A stretch of DNA of 64,000 nucleotides from Syntrophorhabdaceae bacterium (GTDB lineage Bacteria; Desulfobacterota; Syntrophorhabdia; Syntrophorhabdales; Syntrophorhabdaceae): the NCBI GenBank assembly GCA_963665295.1, contig OY762209.1, forward strand, positions 3,488,001 to 3,552,000. The letters run 5' to 3'. The position numbers and the translations under genes are program-made. This document shows positions 1 to 9,880 of this stretch, one piece after another. The notes beneath the pieces are model-generated. The model made no database searches and was not told the origin of the DNA. It saw only the letters and a program-made list of their open reading frames with translations. How positions within the stretch are numbered: position 1 is the stretch's first letter; every line of letters begins with the position of its first letter.

Positions 1-526
1 CAAGGACGTGGATGGGTTTCACCCTGTCAATGTGGGGAAGGTAATGATAGGGGAGGCGAAATTCTATCCATGTACTCCATACGGGATACAACAAATGCTG
101 ATCCGGTCCGGGGTAATGGTCGACGGCGCTGAGGTTGTGGTCGTGGGCCGAAGCAACCTTGTGGGCAAGCCCATAGCAATGATGCTCGTTCAGAAAGGTA
201 AAGGCGCAAATGCAACGGTTACCGTGTGCCACACCGGCACGAGGGACCTTGCGTCCCACACGAGAAGGGCGGATATCCTGATCGTGGCAGCAGGGAAGCC
301 GAAGGCAATAACTGCTGATATGGTAAAGGAGGGCGCGGTGGTGATCGACGTGGGAGTAAACCGTGTCGGGATGACGCCCGAAGGGAAAGCGAAGCTTTGC
401 GGGGACGTCGATTTTGAGGCCGTGAGGGAAAAAGCATCGGCAATCACCCCAGTTCCTGGTGGTGTCGGCCCCATGACCATTACCATGCTGATGTTGAACA
501 CCCTAAAAGCGGCGCAATCCGCATAG
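1..526 (+). CDS. folD: Bifunctional methylenetetrahydrofolate dehydrogenase/cyclohydrolase, 5'-truncated by window edge
   Basis: [29 protein letters not shown] and [12 protein letters not shown] motifs. Confidence 0.97.
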   Translation, partial: KDVDGFHPVNVGKVMIGEAKFYPCTPYGIQQMLIRSGVMVDGAEVVVVGRSNLVGKPIAMMLVQKGKGANATVTVCHTGTRDLASHTRRADILIVAAGKPKAITADMVKEGAVVIDVGVNRVGMTPEGKAKLCGDVDFEAVREKASAITPVPGGVGPMTITMLMLNTLKAAQSA

Positions 527-683
527 GGCTCCATGCTGCCGGGGGTCGCCAAACGAACAAGATAGCGCAGCCCGTTCCACGGAAACCCTGGGTGGCGGAC
601 CTTGGGTCCGACGGTTCCCGCCGTCCTGTTTTGTTGTTTTTTCCCCGGTTCCGAACCTGTGATCAGATGTTCATTTTTTGATA

Positions 684-712
684 TTGACAGGGGCTTTGCC
701 ACGTTGTATCCT
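684..712 (+). promoter_or_regulatory. Sigma70-type promoter of TRAP operon
   Basis: TTGACA(684-689)-17 bp-TATCCT(707-712). Confidence 0.55.
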
Positions 713-927
713 CTGCGTAGGCTGCTCTGTAGCAGTGCCCATAGCGTCCGGTTGCAAAAGGTTACCGAAAGGGAAACCTGCGTAATTCAACAAAGTTGGT
801 CCGGGTCTTCCGGAAAGCCGCTGTCCTTTTTTTCATACGTATGGGTATGCCCCGACGGAGACGGGCGCGGCGTCTGAGGTAAGGGCAAAAAGGGCGGCAC
901 ATAATGTCGGGTACGGGAGGATAATCT

Positions 928-1884
928 ATGAAGCGTTTTGTTGTCCTGGTAGTGGCGGTCTGTCTTGTCATTGGTTTTTCGTCTGCATGGGCCCAGAAGA
1001 AAGTCCGGTTATCTATCGCAACCGGAGGCACGGGAGGCGTCTACTATCCCTATGGAGGCGCCATAGCGAACGTCATTTCCAAGTACGTTCCCGGTGTGGA
1101 GGCAACGGCCGAGGTGACTGCCGCCGCGGTTGACAACCTGAAGCTCGTGGGGAGCGGAGACGCGGACCTTGGTTATGCTTACCCCGACCTTGCCTACGAT
1201 GCGATGCAGGCAAAGGGGCTGTTCAAAAGCAAGCTTCCTGTAAGGATGGTGGCTCAGCTGTACGTAAGCTATTTTCATCTTGTTACTCTGTCGAACAGCA
1301 ACATCAAAACCGTTGCCGACCTTAAGGGGAAGAGAGTCTCCACGGGGGCCCCGGGTAGTGGGACCGAGGTGGTGGCTTTTCGAGTCCTTGAAGCTTACGG
1401 CATAAATCCTGACAAGGATGTGAAACGGGACCGCCTGAGCGTAGTGGAATCGGCCAATGCCCTTAAGGATGGGAAGATAGACGCCTTTTTCTGGGTAGGA
1501 GGCCTCCCCACTGCGGCAATCCTCGATCTCGCCGCTACTCCCAATACATCGATGAAACTGGTGCCTACCGATGGCGCTCTTCCCAAGATATTTCAGAAAT
1601 ATGGCCAGATTTATGTGAAGGCCAATATTCCAAAAACGACTTATCCCAAGATGACCGGTGATATCGGTGTGGTAGGTATTCCTAACGTCTTGGTCTGTAA
1701 CGCGAACGCAGACACGGATCTGATATATAAAGTTGTAAAAGCCTTGTTTGATCATAAGGCGGATCTCGTAGCCGTTCATTCACAGGCCAAGGAATTGACG
1801 GTCCAGGGAGCGGTTATCAAGACGGTAGTCCCTTATCACCCCGGCGCCATAAAGTTTTTTAAGGAGAAGGGCATCAAAATGTAA
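928..1884 (+). CDS. TAXI-family TRAP transporter solute-binding protein
   Basis: Signal peptide; IATGGTGGVYYPYG, DLKGKRVSTGAPGSGT and PYHPGA motifs; GGAGG RBS. Confidence 0.93.
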   Translation: MKRFVVLVVAVCLVIGFSSAWAQKKVRLSIATGGTGGVYYPYGGAIANVISKYVPGVEATAEVTAAAVDNLKLVGSGDADLGYAYPDLAYDAMQAKGLFKSKLPVRMVAQLYVSYFHLVTLSNSNIKTVADLKGKRVSTGAPGSGTEVVAFRVLEAYGINPDKDVKRDRLSVVESANALKDGKIDAFFWVGGLPTAAILDLAATPNTSMKLVPTDGALPKIFQKYGQIYVKANIPKTTYPKMTGDIGVVGIPNVLVCNANADTDLIYKVVKALFDHKADLVAVHSQAKELTVQGAVIKTVVPYHPGAIKFFKEKGIKM

Positions 1885-1896
1885 GGACCGGTATCT

Positions 1897-2364
1897 ATGG
1901 GGAACGTCCGTACGGGTATACTCTTTGCGGCGCTCATCTGGGCACAGGCATCCTATGTGGCAGGTTCGCCGGCGTTACAGTTGGTTGTCCTGAGCGACGA
2001 ACCCCGAAAGGTCCTGGCCTGTATGCCTCTTGAAGCGGGCGCCCCCTTTGACCTTGAGTTTATCAACTCCATATACCTGGCGCCCGTAAAGGAAACGCTG
2101 GTCTATACGGAGGGCAAGGGCATTGCCATAGTGAAGGTCGAAAGCCCCTCTGCCGGCGTGTTCGAGTATTACGGACTGGAGTCCGATCATACGGGCGTGG
2201 TCCGGCTGCACCGCAGTGTAGGAGAAATAAGGATCAGAAGTCACAGCTACGAAAACCATCGCCTGACCTCCGGAGGGAGGACCCTCCTTTTTAAGGAGAT
2301 CGCCGACGGTGGCCGCCTGTTGGTCGTTGAGGTTTGGGCGCATGACAGGAGTTGTGGGCCATGA
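1897..2364 (+). CDS. DUF1850-like accessory protein of TAXI-TRAP system
   Basis: F-x-L-x-F-x-NS-(x)-PV-x-E pattern; usual position between TAXI SBP and fused permease. Confidence 0.7.
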   Translation: MGNVRTGILFAALIWAQASYVAGSPALQLVVLSDEPRKVLACMPLEAGAPFDLEFINSIYLAPVKETLVYTEGKGIAIVKVESPSAGVFEYYGLESDHTGVVRLHRSVGEIRIRSHSYENHRLTSGGRTLLFKEIADGGRLLVVEVWAHDRSCGP

Positions 2365-2387
2365 GGATCGATTAACAGGAGGCATTT

Positions 2388-4349
2388 GTGACGGATTTGA
2401 AAGAACCCACGGAACATGTATCGGAAGAGCGCCTCAAGGAGGCTCAGAAGTTCATAGAGGAAGAGGAAGGAGTCACAAGACGGCTTGCGGGCTGGAAGCA
2501 AGAGGCAGTTACCTATTTTGCGGTAGTGATGAGCCTCTTCCATCTCTATGCAGCGGTGGCAACAATCACTACACAGGTGCTCAGGGGCATTCACGTCGCC
2601 ATGGTACTTTTTCTGAGCTATCTTGTCTTTCCTCCTAGTAAAAAGCGCCTTCGCTCCATTGCGTGGTATGACGTCTGCCTTGCCTTGATCGGCGTGGCGA
2701 CCATAGTCTACATGCTGGTGGACTTTGAGGATTTCATATACAGGGCCGTAACGCCCAACCTTCTGGATCTTATTTTCGGTTCAATTCTCATCGTTCTTAT
2801 TCTTGAAGCTACGCGACGGGGCACCGGATGGATCATGCCTTTCGTGGTGATCCTGTTCCTCATCTACGCATATGTGGGCCCCTGGCTTCCCGCTCCCTGG
2901 ACCCACCGGGGTTACAGCATAAAACGCATAGTCGGTCACATGTATATGACCCTGGAGGGTATCTTCGGAGTGCCCATTGACGTGTCATCCACGTTCATCA
3001 TTCTTTTTACCATCTACGGTGCTATTCTGGAACACACGGGGGCGGGCAAGTTTTTCATAGATTTCTCATTCAGGCTTATGGGAGGAAAGCCCTCGTCCGC
3101 GGGCAGGACAGTGACGCTCGCATCCTTTTTGCTCGGCGGGCCTTCGGGGAGTGGTGTGGCAACCACCGTTACCCTGGGCTCGGTTGCGTACCCCATGCTG
3201 AAACGGGCCGGGTACGACAAGGACTCTGCGGGAGGACTTCTCTCAGCCGGCGGCATAGGAGCCATTATTTCTCCTCCGGTCCTCGGGGCGGCCGCCTTTC
3301 TCATCGCCGAAATACTGAAGGTTTCATACCTGCAGGTGATTAAAATGGCGATGGTGCCGACTATCCTCTATTACTGGTCTATCTTCCTGATGGTGGAATT
3401 CGACGCCAAACGCTTTGGGGCCAAAATGATTGACGCGGGATCGGGAGAATCAGTCTGGGTCCTCACACGCCGCTACTGGTATCACTTCTCATCCCTTATT
3501 GCTATTGTTGTGTTGATGGTAATAGGATTCAGTCCCATATGGGCCGTATTCTGGGCAAGCGTACTTGCTTTTTTTGCCAGCTACCTGCGCCGGGACACCG
3601 CTCTGGGTTACAAGAAGGCCATTGCGACTCTGAGCGGAGGGTCGTTGGGGGTCCTTTCCGTGGCCTGTACCTGCGCAAGTGCGGGTATCATTGTGGGAGT
3701 CGTCACCCTCACCGGGCTTGGCCTCAAATTCTCGAGTATCATAATCGGCTATGCCGGAGGAAATCTCTTCTTGACTGCCGTCTTTACGGGCCTTCTCATG
3801 TGGGTTATAGGGCTCGCCGTTCCGGTAACGGCCACGTACATAATCGGGGCGGTTATCGCGGCCCCGGCATTGGTCCAGCTCAAGGTGCCCGAATTTGCCG
3901 CGCATATGTTTATCTTTTACTATGCGGTGTTATCGGAAGTATCGCCTCCCACCGCCCTCTCTCCTTTTGCGGCCGCCGCCCTTACGGGTGGAAGTCCCTT
4001 CAAGACGATGATGATGGCCTGGAAGTATACTATTCCTGCATTTATCGTCCCTTTCATGTTTGTTCTTACCCCTGACGGGATAGGTTTGCTCCTCGAGGGG
4101 CCTGTGCCTTCCATAGTCTGGACATTCGTGACCGCTATGATCGGCGTTGGAGGAATCGCAGGAGGCGCAAGTTCCTGGCTCCTCAGACGGACGGCGCTGT
4201 GGGAAAGAATTGCACTTATCGTGGGAGGACTCCTCATGGTTTATTCGTCGGTGATTCTCGACGTAATCGGCATGGGCTTGATCGGATTCGTGGTGCTCTG
4301 GCAGAAGGTTACATTGAAGAGGGAAGCGGCTGCTCTGACCAGGGGATGA
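2388..4349 (+). CDS. TRAP transporter 4TM/12TM fused permease
   Basis: Highly hydrophobic 653 aa; EGIFGVPI, SGSGVA, PPVLGAAAF, AHMFIFYY and PPTAL motifs. Confidence 0.93.
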   Translation: MTDLKEPTEHVSEERLKEAQKFIEEEEGVTRRLAGWKQEAVTYFAVVMSLFHLYAAVATITTQVLRGIHVAMVLFLSYLVFPPSKKRLRSIAWYDVCLALIGVATIVYMLVDFEDFIYRAVTPNLLDLIFGSILIVLILEATRRGTGWIMPFVVILFLIYAYVGPWLPAPWTHRGYSIKRIVGHMYMTLEGIFGVPIDVSSTFIILFTIYGAILEHTGAGKFFIDFSFRLMGGKPSSAGRTVTLASFLLGGPSGSGVATTVTLGSVAYPMLKRAGYDKDSAGGLLSAGGIGAIISPPVLGAAAFLIAEILKVSYLQVIKMAMVPTILYYWSIFLMVEFDAKRFGAKMIDAGSGESVWVLTRRYWYHFSSLIAIVVLMVIGFSPIWAVFWASVLAFFASYLRRDTALGYKKAIATLSGGSLGVLSVACTCASAGIIVGVVTLTGLGLKFSSIIIGYAGGNLFLTAVFTGLLMWVIGLAVPVTATYIIGAVIAAPALVQLKVPEFAAHMFIFYYAVLSEVSPPTALSPFAAAALTGGSPFKTMMMAWKYTIPAFIVPFMFVLTPDGIGLLLEGPVPSIVWTFVTAMIGVGGIAGGASSWLLRRTALWERIALIVGGLLMVYSSVILDVIGMGLIGFVVLWQKVTLKREAAALTRG

Positions 4350-4376
4350 TCGGGGGGAGCGCCCCATTCCTCCGCT

Positions 4377-5690
4377 TTATTTTCTCTTGCCTTGTACCCA
4401 CACATAGACCCCCGTGTCGGGCGGATCGAGCCTGTAGTATCTGATGATGACGTCGATCTTTCGGGGGCTCAAGGTCTGTCCGCGAGGCAACAGCAGGACG
4501 CCTGTACCGCTCCTCACGTCTCTGGAGACGATCATACCTGAAAGAAGTTCATCCGGATGGATCTCCGATTCGACCGCACCGTCGAGGGGCTGCACAAGGT
4601 TTGTTTTTTCCCGGGCAATTTCCGCCAGAATCTGATATAGGGCGGGATCAAACTGCGTACCGGACAAGAGGCTCATCCTCTCCAAAGCTGCCTTTACAGG
4701 GTGGGTAACGAGTAATCTGTCGTATTTGTCCGCAACGGCAATAATACGGGAACCCAGGGGTATCTCCTCTCCTCTCAGTCCTTCGGGAAATCCCTGTCCG
4801 TCGCAGGATTCATGGTGATACCGGATAAGAATGCCCGCTTCATGCAATAGCTCGTTGGAGTCCAGGACGGCCTGGCCGCGTATGGAATGAGTCTGGTACT
4901 CGCGGACTTCGAAAGGCGCCATGGATTCGACGTCTTTGAGAAGTACCTTGTCGGAGATACCTATTTTCCCTATGTCATGAAGTTGTGCCGCGATCGCTAT
5001 GTCCTGAGTCAGGTTGCCGTCCAGCTTCATTTTTTGCGCGATCTTGCGGGAGATTATAGCCACGTTGTTGGAGTGGTTTGCGACGGTCCTGTCTCTCAGT
5101 TCGATAAGATTTGAAATGGTGATGATAAAACCCTTGAAGTCATTCTCCAACCTTTTGTTTAGTTCGTGAAGCTCCACGTTTTTCCGTGTGAGATCTATGC
5201 TTTGTTGCTGCACATCGATTTCGAGTTCCGAGGTCCATTTTCGGAGTTCTTCATTCTGTTTTCCCGTCAATTCGTTGAGGTACTTGTTTTCTCTCACCAG
5301 CCTGAATCTTTCCGCCGCGGCCCGGACTGAGAGTATGAGGTCGTCATTGCGCCATGGTTTGGCGATGTACTGGTATACACCCCCTCTGTTGATGGCGTCT
5401 ACTGCGGCGTTGACGTCGGCGTACCCGGTCAGTACCAGCCTCACCGCATCGGGAGCCAGCCTTCTCACATGCTCGAGGAACTCGGTGCCTCTCATTCCGG
5501 GCATCCGTTGATCTGACATGACGACGGCGATGTCGTTTTCGCTGATGATCTCAAGCCCCTCTCTTCCGGAATCAGCCGTAAGGACCTCGAAGTCTTCATC
5601 CATCAATAGCCTTCTAAGGGAGCGCAGGACATTCTCCTCATCGTCGACAAAAAGGACCTTGAGCCTCTTCGGAGGCGGTAGGGTATCCAT
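4377..5690 (-). CDS. Response regulator with REC, coiled coil and HD-GYP-type domain (GFP variant)
   Basis: VLFVDDE, SDQRMP, KPW; LHDIGK; HHESCDGQGFP. Confidence 0.9.
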   Translation of the reverse strand: MDTLPPPKRLKVLFVDDEENVLRSLRRLLMDEDFEVLTADSGREGLEIISENDIAVVMSDQRMPGMRGTEFLEHVRRLAPDAVRLVLTGYADVNAAVDAINRGGVYQYIAKPWRNDDLILSVRAAAERFRLVRENKYLNELTGKQNEELRKWTSELEIDVQQQSIDLTRKNVELHELNKRLENDFKGFIITISNLIELRDRTVANHSNNVAIISRKIAQKMKLDGNLTQDIAIAAQLHDIGKIGISDKVLLKDVESMAPFEVREYQTHSIRGQAVLDSNELLHEAGILIRYHHESCDGQGFPEGLRGEEIPLGSRIIAVADKYDRLLVTHPVKAALERMSLLSGTQFDPALYQILAEIAREKTNLVQPLDGAVESEIHPDELLSGMIVSRDVRSGTGVLLLPRGQTLSPRKIDVIIRYYRLDPPDTGVYVWVQGKRK

Positions 5691-5691
5691 A

Positions 5692-6642
5692 TTAGTCCTC
5701 CTCCAGAAGTCTGATGAAAATATCGACGATATGAGGGTCGGAGTGTGTCGCTTTGTTGGCCCTCAGGATCTCTATTGCCTCCTCCTTGGGAAGTTGATCC
5801 CGGTAAGGTCTTTCGGAAGTCAGGGAATCGTAGATATCCGCCACATTGACGATGCGTGCCTCCAGGGGGATGTCTTCTCCCTTGAGGCCGAGAGGGTAAC
5901 CCGTCCCGTCATACCGTTCGTGATGATACAGGACGATATTCACTACAGCTTGAGGAAGGTGAGCCGATCGTGCCACGTCGGCGCCCCAACATGGATGTTT
6001 CTTCAACACCACCATCTGTTCGGGAGTGAGGGGCCCCTTGAAATTGAGTAGGGCTTCCGGAACGCCTATCTTTCCACAGTCATGCAGCCAGCCACCGCGC
6101 CTGATGTCCTTCTTTAATTCCTCGTCAAGCCCCAGGGCTTCCGCCACGGTGGTGGCATATTTGGCTACCCGGTCGCAATGGCCTTTTGTGTAGGGGTCCT
6201 TGAGTTCTATTGTCTGAGCCAGGGAGTACAGGGTATATTCGTCGGCTTTTCTCAGGGACTGCACCACGTTGTGCCTGCCGACCGCGTCGAAAATAATGCT
6301 CCTGAACTCATCTATTTCCCATGGCTTGGTTATGAATTTGTACACCTCCCCTTTATTGATCGCGTCGATTGCCGCCTGCGTGTCCGCATAGCCGGTAAGC
6401 ATCACACGCACGCTATCAGGTGAAAGGGCCTTTGCCTTCTGAAGAAATTCGATTCCCGACATGCCGGGCATGCGATGGTCGGAGACGATCACGGCGATAT
6501 CGTTGCTTTTGATCAACTCAATCGCTTCGGCGCCGCTGGTGCTCGTGAGTATCCTGACATTATCGTCAATGAAAAGCCTTCTTAACGAATTCAATATGCC
6601 CTGTTCGTCGTCTACAAAGAGCAGTGTTCCGATTTCTCCCAT
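5692..6642 (-). CDS. REC-HD-GYP response regulator (cyclic dinucleotide phosphodiesterase)
   Basis: FVDDE, SDHRMP; KDPYTKGH, LHDCGK, HHERYDGTGYP, RPYR. Confidence 0.93.
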   Translation of the reverse strand: MGEIGTLLFVDDEQGILNSLRRLFIDDNVRILTSTSGAEAIELIKSNDIAVIVSDHRMPGMSGIEFLQKAKALSPDSVRVMLTGYADTQAAIDAINKGEVYKFITKPWEIDEFRSIIFDAVGRHNVVQSLRKADEYTLYSLAQTIELKDPYTKGHCDRVAKYATTVAEALGLDEELKKDIRRGGWLHDCGKIGVPEALLNFKGPLTPEQMVVLKKHPCWGADVARSAHLPQAVVNIVLYHHERYDGTGYPLGLKGEDIPLEARIVNVADIYDSLTSERPYRDQLPKEEAIEILRANKATHSDPHIVDIFIRLLEED

Positions 6643-6643
6643 G

Positions 6644-9616
6644 TCAGCATTCCTTTATCGGGACTTTTATGATAAATGTGGTGCCCTTGCCCGGCTCGCT
6701 TGTTACTTCGATGTCGCCCTCATGCTTCTTTACGATATCGTAAACAATACTCAGTCCAAGCCCGGTCCCCTTGCCGATTTCCTTGGTCGTATAGAAGGGT
6801 TCGAATATTCGGCCCAACTGGTCTTCCGGTATTCCACATCCCGTGTCCGATATGGTCACACAGGCATCTTTGCCGTCGCGAAAGGTCCTGACCGCGATTT
6901 CGCCGAACTCTTCTATGGACTGCGCAGCGTTAAGCAAAATATTCATGAAGACCTGACCCAACTGGCCCGCGTTGCACAAGGTCATTGGCATATCGCCGTA
7001 TTCCTTCTTGACCGCAGCCTTGTACTTCAATTCATTCCATACGATGTTGAGGGTGCTTTCCATGGTCTTGTTCAGGTCTGCGAGGGAATACTCGGGTTCA
7101 TCTATGCGGGAGAAATTCTTGAGGTCCTGTACTATCCGTTTTACCCTGTCCGCGCCGTCAAGGGACTCTTTTATCAGACTTTGTGAATCTTCAACTATGT
7201 AATCGATCTTCAGGGCCCTCCTGCTTTCCGCTGCGCCATTCACCGCAGTCTGTCTGTGTTCGTCTGCATTCCGGCTCAGTTGGTCTATAACCTCGGACTG
7301 TATTTTGATAAATTCGGGTATCCTTGCCAGGTACTTGTTGAGTGAATTGAGGTTGCTTATGATAAATCCCATGGGGTTGTTGATCTCGTGGGCGACGCCG
7401 GCCGCGAGTTGGCCGATGGATGCCATCTTTTCCTGCTGGATAATCTTCTTCTGGGACTCTTTTTGCTCCCTGTACGCGCTTTCCAACTCCTGGTTTTTGC
7501 CCTCGAGTTCCGTAAGCGCGTTCCTGAGCGAAACCTCTGCCTCCCTGCGATGGGTGATATTCTCGACCATGCCCTCGTAATGGAGTATTTCGCCCGAGGA
7601 GCCCTTTATGGCGTGTGCGCTTATGGAGACCCAGATGATATTACCGTCCTTCTGGTACATCCGGGTCTCCCATCTTTCGATAAAACCCTGCGTCTCGATG
7701 ATCTTGCGGTATTTGACGCGATCCTCCGGATCCACGTACAGTTGGTGTCCAATGCTGTTGATGGCCGACACCATCTCTTCGGGTGATTGGTAACCGTGCA
7801 TTCGGGCCAGCGATGGGTTGATATTTATGAGCTTGCCCGTCGGCGTTGCCTGGAAGATTCCCTCAAAAGCCTGTTCGTAAATATGACGAAACTTTGCCTC
7901 GCTTGTGGAAACCCTTTTTTCGGCCTCCTTTCGGGAAAGGGCAATGCCGATGCTCGCTGCAATACCTTCGAAATACTCGATAAGACTAAGGTCAAATGAA
8001 TCCCGGCGTCTGTCATTAAGCTGGAGGACGCCTATAATTTCTTCCCCTGATTTCAGGGGGATGATAGCGAGAGACTCATAGTTCTCTCGAATGCAACGAC
8101 CTCTGAGCGGCCCTTGAAAGGCTTCCGGAGAGACAGACGCCGAAAATGCGGAAGCGTCGTTTGTCCAGAAGCTGCCCCCGTCCGTAAAGAAAGGAAGAGA
8201 TGGGTCCGTCTTTCTGCTGATGACAGCCCCGCATATGCACGCCATGACCGGCTTGCCGGTACGGTCACGAAGTATCTTACCCTTGTCGTCGTGGGTAAGC
8301 AGGGATTGTTCGGGCTGGAGAAATTGTTCAGAGAAGCCCTCTGACTCCAGATAAGGGAAATCCTCTCCCACTCTCAAACGGACCCCTACTGCTTCGATTT
8401 CCATGTATTCCCTCATTAAAGCAGGGATCCGGCGCACTACGCCGGAGATCTCATCGCCGCTATTAAGAGTCTTGAGCAGCCTGTTTTCCAGTTCCTGCCG
8501 TTTCTCCGCGTCTACGTGCTCCTTATTCCGCTTCTCCAAGAGGGAAGCCATATCATCAAAGGATTCAGCGAGTCGGCCCAGTTCATCGGTGGTGCGGGAT
8601 AGTCCGGTTCGTGTGTACATTTTACCTTGCCCGAACATGCGTGTGGCGGTGACCAGTCTGTCAACCGGCTCAATGAGAAAGAAGTTGCCGAAGACCCATG
8701 CCAGGCACATGGCAATCAAGGCTGCAAGCCCGAGAATGGAGAGATTTCTGGCCATCTGGACATTTGCATTGTGAAGGACCTTGTCTTTCGGCATTCCTAC
8801 CACCATGAACATGTAAGGGGGAGAATCGGCGCGAAGACGCAGTTGACGGAAGGCATATATGCGATCCATACCGTCATGGCTGGTCCATTCACGTAACCCA
8901 TGATCACTATTACCCGATATGTCCGCGAATGCCTTACGAGAAACAGGCGTTCCGTGAGGGGCCCCACGACTTTCCGGCAGGCGGAAGAGGCGGACACCTT
9001 TCCAGTCGAGAATTGCCACGGCGTACCCTTCCGGCGGATTTATTTCTGCTACGAGATGGGCATATTCGTTCAGGTTAATACCTGCTATTACCACAGCCGC
9101 AACTTTCCTGTCCGCGCCGAAGACGGGATAACTGAAATTTATGGACCTCATGTTGCTGATCCTTCCGACAATGTGTTCGCCTGCGGAAAAGTCGCGGGTT
9201 CTGATAGCGTCCCTCACATGTTTTCTGTCCGCCAGGTTGACGCCGGATTGGAACGGAGTGGACGCGGCGAAGACATTCCCGTCCGGTGTTGCGGCGAGTA
9301 TTACGGAATAGAAGGGATACTGATGGTGCAACTCCCGGAAAAGCCGGCTGCAGGCTTTTGCGTCGAGGCTTTGCACCACGGGCAACTGAGCCAGCATGCT
9401 GAGCATGGTTTTTGTGGCGATAACAACCTGATCCTGGTGGGCTGCAAGACTCTGGGCGAGGAGGGACGCGCTGTTTTCCGCCTTCTCGATCTCGGCTTTT
9501 CGTTGTTGGAGGCCGGTCGTCACGATGATCCCGAAAGCAGGAAGGAAGACGATGAATAGCAGGAGAAGGAGTTTCCTGCGAATCGTCCACCAGCTCGGAT
9601 TCTTCTTGTTATCCAT
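6644..9616 (-). CDS. Membrane sensor histidine kinase (Cache-HAMP-GAF-PAS-HisKA-HATPase); start moved to ATG at 9616
   Basis: Two TM segments, DELGRLAESFD HAMP, PAS, GVAHEINNP H-box, N box, FEPFYTTK, GTGLGL. Confidence 0.92.
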   Translation of the reverse strand: MDNKKNPSWWTIRRKLLLLLFIVFLPAFGIIVTTGLQQRKAEIEKAENSASLLAQSLAAHQDQVVIATKTMLSMLAQLPVVQSLDAKACSRLFRELHHQYPFYSVILAATPDGNVFAASTPFQSGVNLADRKHVRDAIRTRDFSAGEHIVGRISNMRSINFSYPVFGADRKVAAVVIAGINLNEYAHLVAEINPPEGYAVAILDWKGVRLFRLPESRGAPHGTPVSRKAFADISGNSDHGLREWTSHDGMDRIYAFRQLRLRADSPPYMFMVVGMPKDKVLHNANVQMARNLSILGLAALIAMCLAWVFGNFFLIEPVDRLVTATRMFGQGKMYTRTGLSRTTDELGRLAESFDDMASLLEKRNKEHVDAEKRQELENRLLKTLNSGDEISGVVRRIPALMREYMEIEAVGVRLRVGEDFPYLESEGFSEQFLQPEQSLLTHDDKGKILRDRTGKPVMACICGAVISRKTDPSLPFFTDGGSFWTNDASAFSASVSPEAFQGPLRGRCIRENYESLAIIPLKSGEEIIGVLQLNDRRRDSFDLSLIEYFEGIAASIGIALSRKEAEKRVSTSEAKFRHIYEQAFEGIFQATPTGKLININPSLARMHGYQSPEEMVSAINSIGHQLYVDPEDRVKYRKIIETQGFIERWETRMYQKDGNIIWVSISAHAIKGSSGEILHYEGMVENITHRREAEVSLRNALTELEGKNQELESAYREQKESQKKIIQQEKMASIGQLAAGVAHEINNPMGFIISNLNSLNKYLARIPEFIKIQSEVIDQLSRNADEHRQTAVNGAAESRRALKIDYIVEDSQSLIKESLDGADRVKRIVQDLKNFSRIDEPEYSLADLNKTMESTLNIVWNELKYKAAVKKEYGDMPMTLCNAGQLGQVFMNILLNAAQSIEEFGEIAVRTFRDGKDACVTISDTGCGIPEDQLGRIFEPFYTTKEIGKGTGLGLSIVYDIVKKHEGDIEVTSEPGKGTTFIIKVPIKEC

Positions 9617-9751
9617 CTTCTGTCTCTTCCGGAGTGATGCCGGGCGCAACAGCGGCTATCTCCGCTTCCCCCTCCGGAACTGTCGGTGGGGCCTGACAAG
9701 CGGATTGACCCCGAATATGTTTTCGGTTAAGAAGCAATAATCTTAACTTAG

Positions 9752-9780
9752 ATGGTAAAGTATATTTACATTCGTGTCAA
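9752..9780 (-). promoter_or_regulatory. Sigma70-type promoter of kinase/HD-GYP operon
   Basis: Minus strand TTGACA-17 bp-TACCAT. Confidence 0.55.
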
Positions 9781-9880
9781 GAATCGCCCGTTCTTTAGCT
9801 CCCCCTTCAAGGTGAGTTGGTTCTTCCCGGGACTGCCGGCACCAGGGAGCACATATCCGGAATGAATTGCGGCGGCTTGT

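Noticed and set aside
750..835. c-di-GMP-I (GEMM) riboswitch suggested by GCAAA and a GAAA tetraloop
   Set aside because: It lacks the GACGCAAAGC junction and the second conserved stem; kept only as an unclassified leader.
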